Positions 18,153-25,945 of a stretch of 52,785 nt of DNA are shown here, one piece after another; position 1 is the stretch's first letter, and the number at the start of each line of letters is the position of its first letter. The stretch spans positions 1 to 52,785 of the forward strand of contig CAYZME010000002.1 in assembly GCA_964479435.1 (NCBI GenBank), given 5' to 3'. The notes under the pieces were generated by a model, which was not told where the DNA came from, searched no databases, and worked only from the letters and a program-made list of their open reading frames with translations. A program made the translations under genes and the position numbers. This DNA comes from an uncultured Oscillospiraceae bacterium. GTDB lineage: Bacteria; Bacillota; Clostridia; Saccharofermentanales; UBA5734.

Positions 18153-18163
18153 GCCGTCGCGCG

Positions 18164-18553
18164 TTAGGGGCGGATGACAACGGCCGCGCGCATCAGGCAA
18201 TCGGCGATCTCCGCCATCGTGACCGCGCGCCCGGCGGCAAGCGGAGCGGGGATCTGGTAATGTTCTAGGCTGTCCGCGCACAGCATCAGGTCGGCGCCAT
18301 GATGTGCCAAAACGACCAGATCCTCGAGCGCCGGTGAGCCCGGCGCCAGCCATTTAACGCCTTCATTGTACAAGATCAGGGTGGCGGGAGGGAGCGGGCG
18401 GGCGGACAATTCTGCCAGCCAGGCGAGCATCAACCGGCGCCCGAGCGCCGGATCGCCCTCGCCCAGCCGCTCCGAGCCGACCAGAACCACGCGATGGCCG
18501 GATGTGCCACTGTCCAACAACAGATATTCCGCGGATACCATCAGGTCCTGCAT
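18164..18553 (-). CDS. Short DsrE/DsrF-like protein resembling the C-terminal half of YedF-type sulfur/selenium-relay proteins
   Basis: 129 aa. VVLVGSERLGEGDPALGRRLM...LILYNEGVKWL...LMLCADSLEHYQI...AVVIRP resembles the DsrE-like half of YedF by eye. There is no TusA/SirA CPxP half. ATG 18553 with a GGGAGGT SD inside the bioY 3' end. Confidence 0.55.
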   Translation of the reverse strand: MQDLMVSAEYLLLDSGTSGHRVVLVGSERLGEGDPALGRRLMLAWLAELSARPLPPATLILYNEGVKWLAPGSPALEDLVVLAHHGADLMLCADSLEHYQIPAPLAAGRAVTMAEIADCLMRAAVVIRP

Positions 18554-18557
18554 GCGA

Positions 18558-19136
18558 TCAACCTCCCGCAATCGGCGCTTTACTCCCCAGCGCACGCAAA
18601 ATCGGCGGCGCCGCCCCGGCGGCCGCGACGCATTTGAGCAAATCTCCCGGCAAATAGGGCAACAGGAAATAGGACAGGGCGGTGCCAAAAGTCCAGCCGG
18701 TTCCGTTGGCCCAACGCAAAACAAATAAAACGTGGAACAAGCCGGCGATATCAATCAGCAAGGTACCGATCAGGGCTACGATCAGCCAGCCGCCAAAACC
18801 CTGTGGGGTCTGCCGCCGGGCCAGCCATCCCACAACCAGGGCCGCGAGCACAAAGCCGACCACAAAACCGAAACTGGGGTGCAAGAGCGCGGCCAGGCCG
18901 ATCTGGCGGCTGGCGTATACCGGAAACAGCAGGCCGATGCCGAGAAACAAAACCTGCGCCAGCGCGCCGGCCGAAGCGCCCAGCAGCATGCCGGACAAAA
19001 GGACAAACAACGACTGGAGCGTCACCGGCACCGGTGTCAGCGGTAGGGGGATTTGAATGGAAGCCCCGACGATGGTCAGGGCCGTAAACAGAGAGATCAG
19101 GGTCATGCGGTAGAGGCGCCGGCGGTCGCGTCTCAT
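18558..19136 (-). CDS. bioY: Biotin transporter BioY (ECF-type S component)
   Basis: 192 aa, about 6 TM. The BioY-like stretch IQIPLPLTPVPVTLQSLFVLLSGMLLG, among others, supports the call. AGGAGAAAG SD. Its ATG overlaps the upstream stop (ATGA 19133..19136). Confidence 0.85.
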   Translation of the reverse strand: MRRDRRRLYRMTLISLFTALTIVGASIQIPLPLTPVPVTLQSLFVLLSGMLLGASAGALAQVLFLGIGLLFPVYASRQIGLAALLHPSFGFVVGFVLAALVVGWLARRQTPQGFGGWLIVALIGTLLIDIAGLFHVLFVLRWANGTGWTFGTALSYFLLPYLPGDLLKCVAAAGAAPPILRALGSKAPIAGG

Positions 19137-19894
19137 CCGTCTTTCTCCTGCAAGCCGGGGCCGGCGCCGCCGGTCAGCGCGCGGATGGCGCGAATCACCG
19201 CGTCCTTGCTGTTGCCCCACGGCTTGTCCTGGTTGCGGTAATCAAATTTGAGCGTGAACCATTCGACATCGTGTTCGAGGTCATCCAGCGCGCGCCGGGT
19301 GATCGCCTGCAGATCGGACAACATCGCTGCGGCATCGTGGGGGCGCAAATGGGTGGCGGCGGCCTCCAGCAGGTCGGCCAGGTGGGGCACACAAAAATGA
19401 TGCGTGTCGGCGAAAATTGGCCGGAAGGCCGGCTCACGCGCGTACTGCCAGCAGATCACATCGAGATAGCGCGCCATGGTACGGGCCAGCCGGTCGCAGA
19501 CTACACACCCCTCCGCCTGGGCGCGCACCTGCCGCGCCGCGTCACGCAGCCGATCGCGCGGGTCTTTGGACCGGCCGCGCAGGGATTTGCGCGCCGGCTC
19601 ACCGGCTTTTGCCAAAGCGGCCGTCAACACGTCACGCACATGATGGATGCGCGTGTGGTACATCAGCCCCAGTCCGAGGCGGTTGCGTTCGCGTGCAAAC
19701 AGGGCGTGGGCGTGGTGGCGGCAAAAACCTTGTTGATTGGTCGTTTCGCGTACGTCCGATTCCATCAGCGACGGCCCCAGATAATAATCCAAGAGCTCCC
19801 CCTCGAGCTTTTCGCCGAGCACACACAGGGGACAATCCCGGTCGTTGCGGCCAAAAGCGTCGTTGACGGGGATGGTGTAGATTTTTTCCTTCAT
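19133..19894 (-). CDS. Cys/His-rich hypothetical protein (DUF6062-like)
   Basis: 253 aa starting MKEKIYTIPVNDAF. Two copies of a CxxC...FCxHH-type module (DCPLC...FCRHHAH and GCVVC...HHFCVPH). The start agrees with the promoter at 19946..19954. The family name is from memory. Confidence 0.6.
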   Translation of the reverse strand: MKEKIYTIPVNDAFGRNDRDCPLCVLGEKLEGELLDYYLGPSLMESDVRETTNQQGFCRHHAHALFARERNRLGLGLMYHTRIHHVRDVLTAALAKAGEPARKSLRGRSKDPRDRLRDAARQVRAQAEGCVVCDRLARTMARYLDVICWQYAREPAFRPIFADTHHFCVPHLADLLEAAATHLRPHDAAAMLSDLQAITRRALDDLEHDVEWFTLKFDYRNQDKPWGNSKDAVIRAIRALTGGAGPGLQEKDG

Positions 19895-19945
19895 GGGAAA
19901 AGGCCTTTCCCGGATGCGCCGGCACCGTGCTTGATCATGCGACAC

Positions 19946-19954
19946 ATTATAGCA
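19946..19954 (-). promoter_or_regulatory. Extended -10 promoter (TGcTATAAT) of the DUF6062-like/bioY/DsrE-like operon
   Basis: Minus strand TGCTATAAT, flanked by short inverted CATGC/GCATG arms. No good -35. A 7-bp hairpin GGGAAAG/TTTTCCC abuts the ATG at 19894. Confidence 0.6.
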
Positions 19955-19967
19955 TGAGCCGGCGACC

Positions 19968-21230
19968 TCACCGGCGCGCGAAGTGGTCGGCGAAGCGCTG
20001 GACCGCGTCCCGGACACGCTCCGCGATCATCTGTCCGGCGCCGGCGCTTCTCTCCGGGTTGTCGGGGGCATCGGCTGGCTCCACGCCATCGGCTGTCTGC
20101 GCGGGCTGGGCCGACGCGTCGGCCAGATCGGCGGCTTGCGCCGGGGCTCCGAACCAGATCTCCGCCGGGTGTTCAGAGCGGTCTGCGTCGCTGTCAGTCG
20201 CTGGCGTGGGGGTGGGCGGATGCACCACCCGGCGGGCCTTGATGTTGACTTCCAGCACATTGATCGATGTGTATTCTTCGATGCGCCCGCTGATCCGGTC
20301 TTGCGCCTGCGCGAGGACTTCCTGGGCGTTAAAGCCGTAATACAGGCTGATTTCCAGATACAGCACGATCCCGTAGACTTCTTTGACAACCTGGAATCCG
20401 GCCAACGCGTGCACGCCCTGTGTGTTGCGCAAGATAATCTCGATCATGTTGCGCAGCGCCGCGTCCGACAACGAATAGGTGCCGAGGCTGGAAAAGGTCG
20501 GGCGCACCACCGTGCGCTCCGAATCCAGCGCGGCGGTCGCCACCCCGCGTTCCCGGTCGCGCCGACGGCGCAGGCGGTTAAAAGGGTCGGAAAAATAACC
20601 GGAGAACTCGTGTTTGATCTCCATGCTGGGCACGGGGATCGTGTGCATCCCTTCGGAAACGCGGGTTTCTTTGGCCTGGCGCATTTCATCTTCGCTACTG
20701 ACATCCTCAATCCGGATGATGATGGAAGGCTGAGGCAGCCACAGATTCTCACAGATGCGCGCGATCATCCCGTCTGACGTGCCCAGCACCATCAGGTTAC
20801 GTGGCTTTTGCGCCATCAGGGCGCGGCGCATCACCGCGGCACGGGTGGGGTCGGCAAAAATCGCCTGGCGGACCGACTCGATTTTGGAATTGGCTTTTTT
20901 CGCGGATGTGCCGGCCACAATACGGCTCCCGTTGATCAGCAGGCCGTCGTCGATGAGATGGTCAATGCTGTACTGGCGGGACACGCTGATCGCGCGGGTA
21001 CTCTTGCCGGTTCCGGACGAGCCGACAAAGGCGAATACATGAATTTGCGCCAGCGCTTCGCGCGCCGGGTCGGCCGGAGCGGTCGCGGGCGGGTGTTCAT
21101 CCGCTGCCGCGCGGCGCTCGACCGGCCACGATTGAGACGCGCGGGTCGCCGCGGCCTTTTCGTGCTCTCGCATCTGTTCGCCGGCGCGCTCAGCCAGGCG
21201 GCGCTGTTTGCGATCCGATTTGCTTGCCAT
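19968..21230 (-). CDS. P-loop NTPase domain fused to an Asp23/Gls24-like domain, with a low-complexity acidic/Ala-rich tail
   Basis: Walker A GSSGTGKST followed by HLIDDGLLINGSRIVAG (reminiscent of the HprK-type P-loop). The C-terminal YGIVLYLEISLYYGFNAQEVLAQAQDRISGRIEEYTSINVLEVNIKARRV has the Asp23 signature pattern. ATG 21230 after GGAGGGG. Confidence 0.65.
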   Translation of the reverse strand: MASKSDRKQRRLAERAGEQMREHEKAAATRASQSWPVERRAAADEHPPATAPADPAREALAQIHVFAFVGSSGTGKSTRAISVSRQYSIDHLIDDGLLINGSRIVAGTSAKKANSKIESVRQAIFADPTRAAVMRRALMAQKPRNLMVLGTSDGMIARICENLWLPQPSIIIRIEDVSSEDEMRQAKETRVSEGMHTIPVPSMEIKHEFSGYFSDPFNRLRRRRDRERGVATAALDSERTVVRPTFSSLGTYSLSDAALRNMIEIILRNTQGVHALAGFQVVKEVYGIVLYLEISLYYGFNAQEVLAQAQDRISGRIEEYTSINVLEVNIKARRVVHPPTPTPATDSDADRSEHPAEIWFGAPAQAADLADASAQPAQTADGVEPADAPDNPERSAGAGQMIAERVRDAVQRFADHFARR

Positions 21231-21291
21231 GGCCGATCTTCCCCTCCGGACATCGCGCTTCCCGATCCTCCGGAGGCGCGACATCGGGTCA

Positions 21292-22017
21292 TCAGTTACC
21301 CCAATTGTGAAACACGTCCTGGACGTCGTCGTGCGATTCCAACGCGTCGATCATTTTTTCCAGCTTGACTGCCGTCTCCGCGTCCACCGACTCCACCCAC
21401 GTAATGGGTGTCGGTCCCAGTGAGGCGTCAGCAAGCGTATAGTCCTTGGCCTCCAACGCGGCGCGCACATCGTAATAGGTTTCGGGGGCGGTGGAAATCG
21501 CGTAGACCTCTTCTTCCTCCTCAAAGTCCTCCGCGCCCGCTTCGAGCGCGTCCATCATCACCTGTTCCTCTTCCAGATCCGCGTCCTTTTCGATCAGGAT
21601 GCTCCCCTTTTCCTGAAACTGGAACGAGACACAGCCGGTCGTCCCCATGTTGCCGCCATAGCGGTCAAACAGGTGGCGGACATCGCCGGCCGTGCGGTTG
21701 CGATTGTCGGTCAGGGTGCGCACCATGACCGCGACGCCGGCCGGGCCATAGCCCTCATATAAAATCTCTTCGTAATCATCGCCCTCGCCGGCGCCGGCCG
21801 CCCGCTTGATGCTGCGCAGAATGTTGTCGTTGGGCATGTTGGCGGCTTTGGCTTTGGCGACGACGTCTTTGAGCCGGGAATTGGCTTCCGGATCCGCTCC
21901 GCCTTCGCGGACGGCCACCTGGATTTCGCGCCCCAGCTTGGTAAAGATCGCGCCGCGCTGTGCGTCGGCCGCGCCCTTTTTGCGTTTGATGTTGTTCCAC
22001 TTGGAATGGCCTGCCAT
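21292..22017 (-). CDS. yebC: YebC/PmpR-family DNA-binding transcriptional regulator
   Basis: MAGHSKWNNIKRKKGAADAQRG... is the hallmark N-terminus. CAGGAGG SD before ATG 22017. Confidence 0.9.
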   Translation of the reverse strand: MAGHSKWNNIKRKKGAADAQRGAIFTKLGREIQVAVREGGADPEANSRLKDVVAKAKAANMPNDNILRSIKRAAGAGEGDDYEEILYEGYGPAGVAVMVRTLTDNRNRTAGDVRHLFDRYGGNMGTTGCVSFQFQEKGSILIEKDADLEEEQVMMDALEAGAEDFEEEEEVYAISTAPETYYDVRAALEAKDYTLADASLGPTPITWVESVDAETAVKLEKMIDALESHDDVQDVFHNWGN

Positions 22018-22125
22018 GTTAAACCTCCTGCCTTTGGATCGACAAACCGGATCAGCCGCCACCCGGCCGTAGCCGGACAGCGGCGCGTCTTTGCCACCGG
22101 ATGGATTGCAAAGCGCGAAACGGGA

Positions 22126-22539
22126 TCAAGTCAGCTCGCGGTATTTCTCGTATGACAATTTGAGCAACGACTTGTCCTGGCTGTATGTGATCCGCTCCAT
22201 TGCCTCGTCGATGTCATAGAATCCGCCGTCGTCAAAATTCTGCGCCGCGTTGGGCTTGACCTTGTTGTCGTCGGCGGCCATGATAAACCAGACAATTTTG
22301 TTACATACGGGCCGCATGCGGGAGATCGAGTAGAATTCATAATTGGTGCGGCCGGCCGGAGAGACGATCCGGGCCCGGCACCCCGCTTCATACGCCACGC
22401 GCTCAACGGCGACATCCTCTGGCAAATTGTTGCTGCGGACGACGCCTTTGGGGAAAACCCATTCCTGCTTTTCATTCTTGAGGATCAGCACTTTTTCCTT
22501 GTGAAAAACGACGCCCCCGGCGCAATTTCTGACCAGCAT
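22126..22539 (-). CDS. NUDIX-family hydrolase (degenerate Nudix box)
   Basis: GGVVF...WVFPKGVVRSNNLPEDVAVERVAYEAG approximates GX5EX7REUXEEXGU. ATG 22539 after GGAGGGAGG. Its GC content is clearly lower (about 50%) than that of its neighbours. Confidence 0.6.
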   Translation of the reverse strand: MLVRNCAGGVVFHKEKVLILKNEKQEWVFPKGVVRSNNLPEDVAVERVAYEAGCRARIVSPAGRTNYEFYSISRMRPVCNKIVWFIMAADDNKVKPNAAQNFDDGGFYDIDEAMERITYSQDKSLLKLSYEKYRELT

Positions 22540-22626
22540 AAACCGACCGCCTCCCTCCGCGCGCAATCGCGATCCCGCGATTAAATTTTACCATACCGGA
22601 GGGAGCCGCGAAAACCGGGGGCTACA

Positions 22627-22657
22627 TTGCATAGCTATATATGCGCTGTGCTATAAT
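22627..22657 (+). promoter_or_regulatory. Candidate promoter of the glycosylation module
   Basis: TTGCAT (22627..22632) and extended -10 TGcTATAAT (TATAAT at 22652..22657). The 19-nt spacer is long, so the extended -10 is probably the main determinant. Confidence 0.55.
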
Positions 22658-22677
22658 GGCTAAAACAACGATCCAAA

Positions 22678-23682
22678 ATGTCAATCGGGGGTTTGCCCAA
22701 GGACATGGAAACGCATTTTTCGCTCCACATTCTAATTCCTTTTTACAATGAAGAAAAACAAATCCCTCTGACCTTCGCGGAAATCGCGCGGGTGATGGAG
22801 GGCGTAGACGAATCCTACGCGATTGTCGCGGTCGACGACGGATCCGCGGATGGGACCTGGGAAGCGATCCGCGCCGCCGCCGCCACGGACCCCCGCATTC
22901 AGGGCTTGCGCCTGTCGCGGAATTTCGGCAAAGAAGCCGCGTTGTGCGCGGCGCTCGACGCGGCCGACGCGGACGCGGTGATTGTGATGGACGGGGATCT
23001 GCAACACCCGCCGCGCCACATCCCCGAGATGGTGCGCTTGTGGCGTGACGAGGGCTACGAGGTCGTCGAAGGCGTCAAATCCAGCCGCGGCCGCGAAAGC
23101 CTGGCGTCGCGCCTGTCCGCCCGTCTCTTTTATAACATGTTTAAGCGCTTGGCCGGCATCGATCTGCGCGACGCCTCCGACTTCAAACTGATGGACCGAA
23201 AAGTGGTCGAGGCCTGGCGCCATCTGCCGGAACATGAAACCTTCTTCCGCGGGATGTCGGCCTGGCTGGGCTTTCGCCGCACCCAACTGCCTTTCGAAGT
23301 GGAGGCGCGGACCACCGGTACCAGCAAGTGGTCGTTGGGGCGTTTGTTTGCGCTCAGCCTGCAGGCCATCGCTTCTTTTTCCGCGCGCCCGCTGCAGGCC
23401 GCCTCGACCATCGGTGTCTTGTTCGTTTTTCTGGCCGCGGCCGTCGCGGTGCAAACCCTGATCAACTGGCTGCTGGGCAACGCGGCCAGCGGCTTTACCA
23501 CGGTCATTTTGCTGCAGCTGCTCATCGGCGGCTGTGTCTTGCTCAGCCTCGGACTCTTAGGCGTCTACATCGCGCGGATTTTCTCCGAGGTCAAGGGGCG
23601 TCCCCGCTACATCGTTTCGGAAACCGCCGCCTCGCACGACCGGGAGGCACCCGCGTCCGGCAGAGACGACAAGCGGCCGTAA
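22678..23682 (+). CDS. GT2-family polyprenyl-phosphate sugar synthase (GtrB/ArnC/CsbB-like) with a C-terminal TM pair
   Basis: IPFYNEE, VAVDDGSADGT, LSRNFGKEAAL, DGDLQHPP. Two C-terminal TM helices. No SD before ATG 22678, so it is a short-leader start; ATG 22705 is the alternative. Confidence 0.8.
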   Translation: MSIGGLPKDMETHFSLHILIPFYNEEKQIPLTFAEIARVMEGVDESYAIVAVDDGSADGTWEAIRAAAATDPRIQGLRLSRNFGKEAALCAALDAADADAVIVMDGDLQHPPRHIPEMVRLWRDEGYEVVEGVKSSRGRESLASRLSARLFYNMFKRLAGIDLRDASDFKLMDRKVVEAWRHLPEHETFFRGMSAWLGFRRTQLPFEVEARTTGTSKWSLGRLFALSLQAIASFSARPLQAASTIGVLFVFLAAAVAVQTLINWLLGNAASGFTTVILLQLLIGGCVLLSLGLLGVYIARIFSEVKGRPRYIVSETAASHDREAPASGRDDKRP

Positions 23683-23707
23683 GCGCCGTACCAAGAGGGA
23701 GGGTTCC

Positions 23708-25945
23708 ATGCTGGCCATCCTGTATCTTGCGTTGGCTATTTTCCTGGGTGACCGTTTGCGCCGGCTGTTGCTGCCGCCCGCGCATACGCTCTACGCTTCG
23801 CTGAGCACACGCGGCATTGCCGATCTGCCCGCCTGGCTGTTCGATGTGCCGGCGGCTGTGTTGCTGGGCTTGACCCCGGCGATCTGGCTGACCTATTTCG
23901 TCGCCTGGCTGGTCGCGGCGGTGCCCGGCTTGCGCTCGCTGGCCAACCCCTTGCTGCCCACGCAGATCATCACGATGCCGATGTTGTTCATCTTTTCGCT
24001 GGCGACCACCAACCGCCTGCAGGAACGCGCGGCGCACCGGCAGCTCCGGGCTCACCCGCGCGACGAGGCGCCGGCGGCCGGAGCGCGTTCCCGGGACCGC
24101 GTCCTGCGCCAATCGTTGGTTTATTTCAGCGTGCTGGCCGCTTTTATGTTGTTCGGCCTGTGGTTGATGCGCAGTAGCTTTTATCTGGACGGAGACCAGT
24201 TGCACGCCGGCTACTCCGTCTTTTCCGACTTTGCCCCCCACACCGCCCTGGTGAGTTCGTTCGCGCGCGGCGCCAACTTCCCCACCCAATACCCTCATTT
24301 CCCCTTGGACGGGATCCGCTATCATTTTTTGTTTTATTTTTTGTGCGGCAATCTGAATTTTTTGGGACTGCCGATCGACTGGGCCATCAATCTCCCCAGT
24401 CTGATCGGTCTGGGTTCTTTTGTTTCTTTGCTGGGATTGCTTGCCGTCCTCATCACCGGTCGGCGGCTGGCCTTTTTTGCCGCGCCCGCGCTGATGTTTC
24501 TGCGCTCCTCTTTTGCGATTTTTTCCTTTATCCGCGGCCGGCGCGGCGGCGGGGCTTCTGTGATCGAGGCCATCCGCGCGATCGGGCAATCGCCGGTCTT
24601 TATCGGCAATACCCGCCACGAGGACTGGGGATTGTTTGCCGTCAATGTCTACGCCAATCAGCGGCATTTGCTTTTTGGCGCCGCTTTGCTGTTGCTTTTG
24701 CTGTTTCTAATGCTCCCTCTGTTGCGCAAGGGTCTGCGCGCCCGCCACCCCGATGCCGGCCGCCATCACCCGCTGTTGGAGCCGGACGCCTGGTTGCCGC
24801 CGGACGGCGGGGTTTTGGCCGCGGTGTTGCTGATCACGGCGGCTCTGCCTTATCTACACGGGTCCGTGCTGATCGTCTTTCTTCTCATCCTCGCGGTGTT
24901 GGCGATCTTTTCCGCCGGACGCCTGGTCCATCTGCTGACCGCGCTCGTCGGCATCGGCGCGGCCATCTTGCAGACCCGCTGGTTTGCCGGCGGGACCGAT
25001 CTGCTCTCTTCCTTTGCCTGGCACTTCGGCTTTCTGGCGGACAAACCCACCTTGTGGCGCGTATTCGCCTATTGTGTCGAATTGTACGGGATGGCCTTTC
25101 TTTTGATGCTGGTTCTGCCGTGGGTTCAACCCGGCCGGTTCCGCACCGTTTTGGCCGCCGCTTTCTGGGTTCCTTTTGCTTTCGCGTTTATGGTTTCGCT
25201 GACACCCGATGTGACGGTCAACCACAAATATCTGATGTTGTCGGTTGCGCTGGCCAACATGCTGATCGTCGACCTGGTCGCGCGGGTGTGGGAAAAACCC
25301 CATCGCAACCACCGCGCGCGGCGCGTCGATCTCGGCGATGCCCCTCCATCCGGCCCTTCCGCGTGGTGGCAGTTCGCCGATCTGCGCCAACGGTGGGAAA
25401 ATACGCAAATCAGCCACTTCCTGCAACAAAATCAGGAAGCGCTGCGCCGGGTCTGGATCGGTGTCCGCCGCGCCGCCGCCGTGTTGCTGGCCACCATGCT
25501 GATCGCCACCGGCGTCGCCGACATCTGGGTGTTCGCGCGCGTCAACCGCCAAACCGTAACCATGGATTTGTCGTCCCCGGTCATCGCGTGGATCGATGAA
25601 AACACCCGCCCGGATGAGATTTTCCTCACCGATACCTACGCCTATAACGACTTTTTCTACAGCGGCCGGATGACTTATTTCGGCCATGCCTATTACGCCT
25701 GGTCGGCCGGGCATGACACCGCGAAGCGGGAAGCCCTGTACCGGCAATTGCTGGGGGGATGTGACGGCGACTACAACGCGTTCCGTTTGCTGTGCTCCGA
25801 GCAGAGGATTTCGTATTTGCTGGTGGACGACGCCTTGCGGCAAAACCGGGATTCGGGCTACCAGGATCGGTTCTTCGCCGCCAACTTCCCGGTTTTAGCG
25901 CGGTTTCCCGCCAAAAACAACGCGACCATCTATGACCTCCGCTGA
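23708..25945 (+). CDS. Large polytopic membrane protein, putative GT-C-type glycosyltransferase partner of the GT2 enzyme
   Basis: 745 aa with at least 12 TM helices. A conserved-looking periplasmic loop SDFAPHTALVSSFARGANFPTQYPHFP...IRYHFLFYF. GAGGGAGG SD. The function is inferred from architecture and from pairing with the GT2 gene. Confidence 0.5.
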   Translation: MLAILYLALAIFLGDRLRRLLLPPAHTLYASLSTRGIADLPAWLFDVPAAVLLGLTPAIWLTYFVAWLVAAVPGLRSLANPLLPTQIITMPMLFIFSLATTNRLQERAAHRQLRAHPRDEAPAAGARSRDRVLRQSLVYFSVLAAFMLFGLWLMRSSFYLDGDQLHAGYSVFSDFAPHTALVSSFARGANFPTQYPHFPLDGIRYHFLFYFLCGNLNFLGLPIDWAINLPSLIGLGSFVSLLGLLAVLITGRRLAFFAAPALMFLRSSFAIFSFIRGRRGGGASVIEAIRAIGQSPVFIGNTRHEDWGLFAVNVYANQRHLLFGAALLLLLLFLMLPLLRKGLRARHPDAGRHHPLLEPDAWLPPDGGVLAAVLLITAALPYLHGSVLIVFLLILAVLAIFSAGRLVHLLTALVGIGAAILQTRWFAGGTDLLSSFAWHFGFLADKPTLWRVFAYCVELYGMAFLLMLVLPWVQPGRFRTVLAAAFWVPFAFAFMVSLTPDVTVNHKYLMLSVALANMLIVDLVARVWEKPHRNHRARRVDLGDAPPSGPSAWWQFADLRQRWENTQISHFLQQNQEALRRVWIGVRRAAAVLLATMLIATGVADIWVFARVNRQTVTMDLSSPVIAWIDENTRPDEIFLTDTYAYNDFFYSGRMTYFGHAYYAWSAGHDTAKREALYRQLLGGCDGDYNAFRLLCSEQRISYLLVDDALRQNRDSGYQDRFFAANFPVLARFPAKNNATIYDLR

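Noticed and set aside
19895-19945. Biotin- or cofactor-responsive riboswitch in front of the bioY operon
   Set aside because: The leader between the -10 and the ATG is only about 45 nt, too short for known riboswitch aptamers. Only a small 7-bp hairpin at the start codon is present.
23591-25843. Long minus-strand ORFs (23591..24667 and 24854..25843) and a +2-frame ORF (24343..25599) inside the GT-C-like gene
   Set aside because: Extreme Arg/Gly/Pro/Gln bias and no TM or catalytic motifs. The plus-strand 745-aa frame gives coherent hydrophobic helices, an SD and operon logic.
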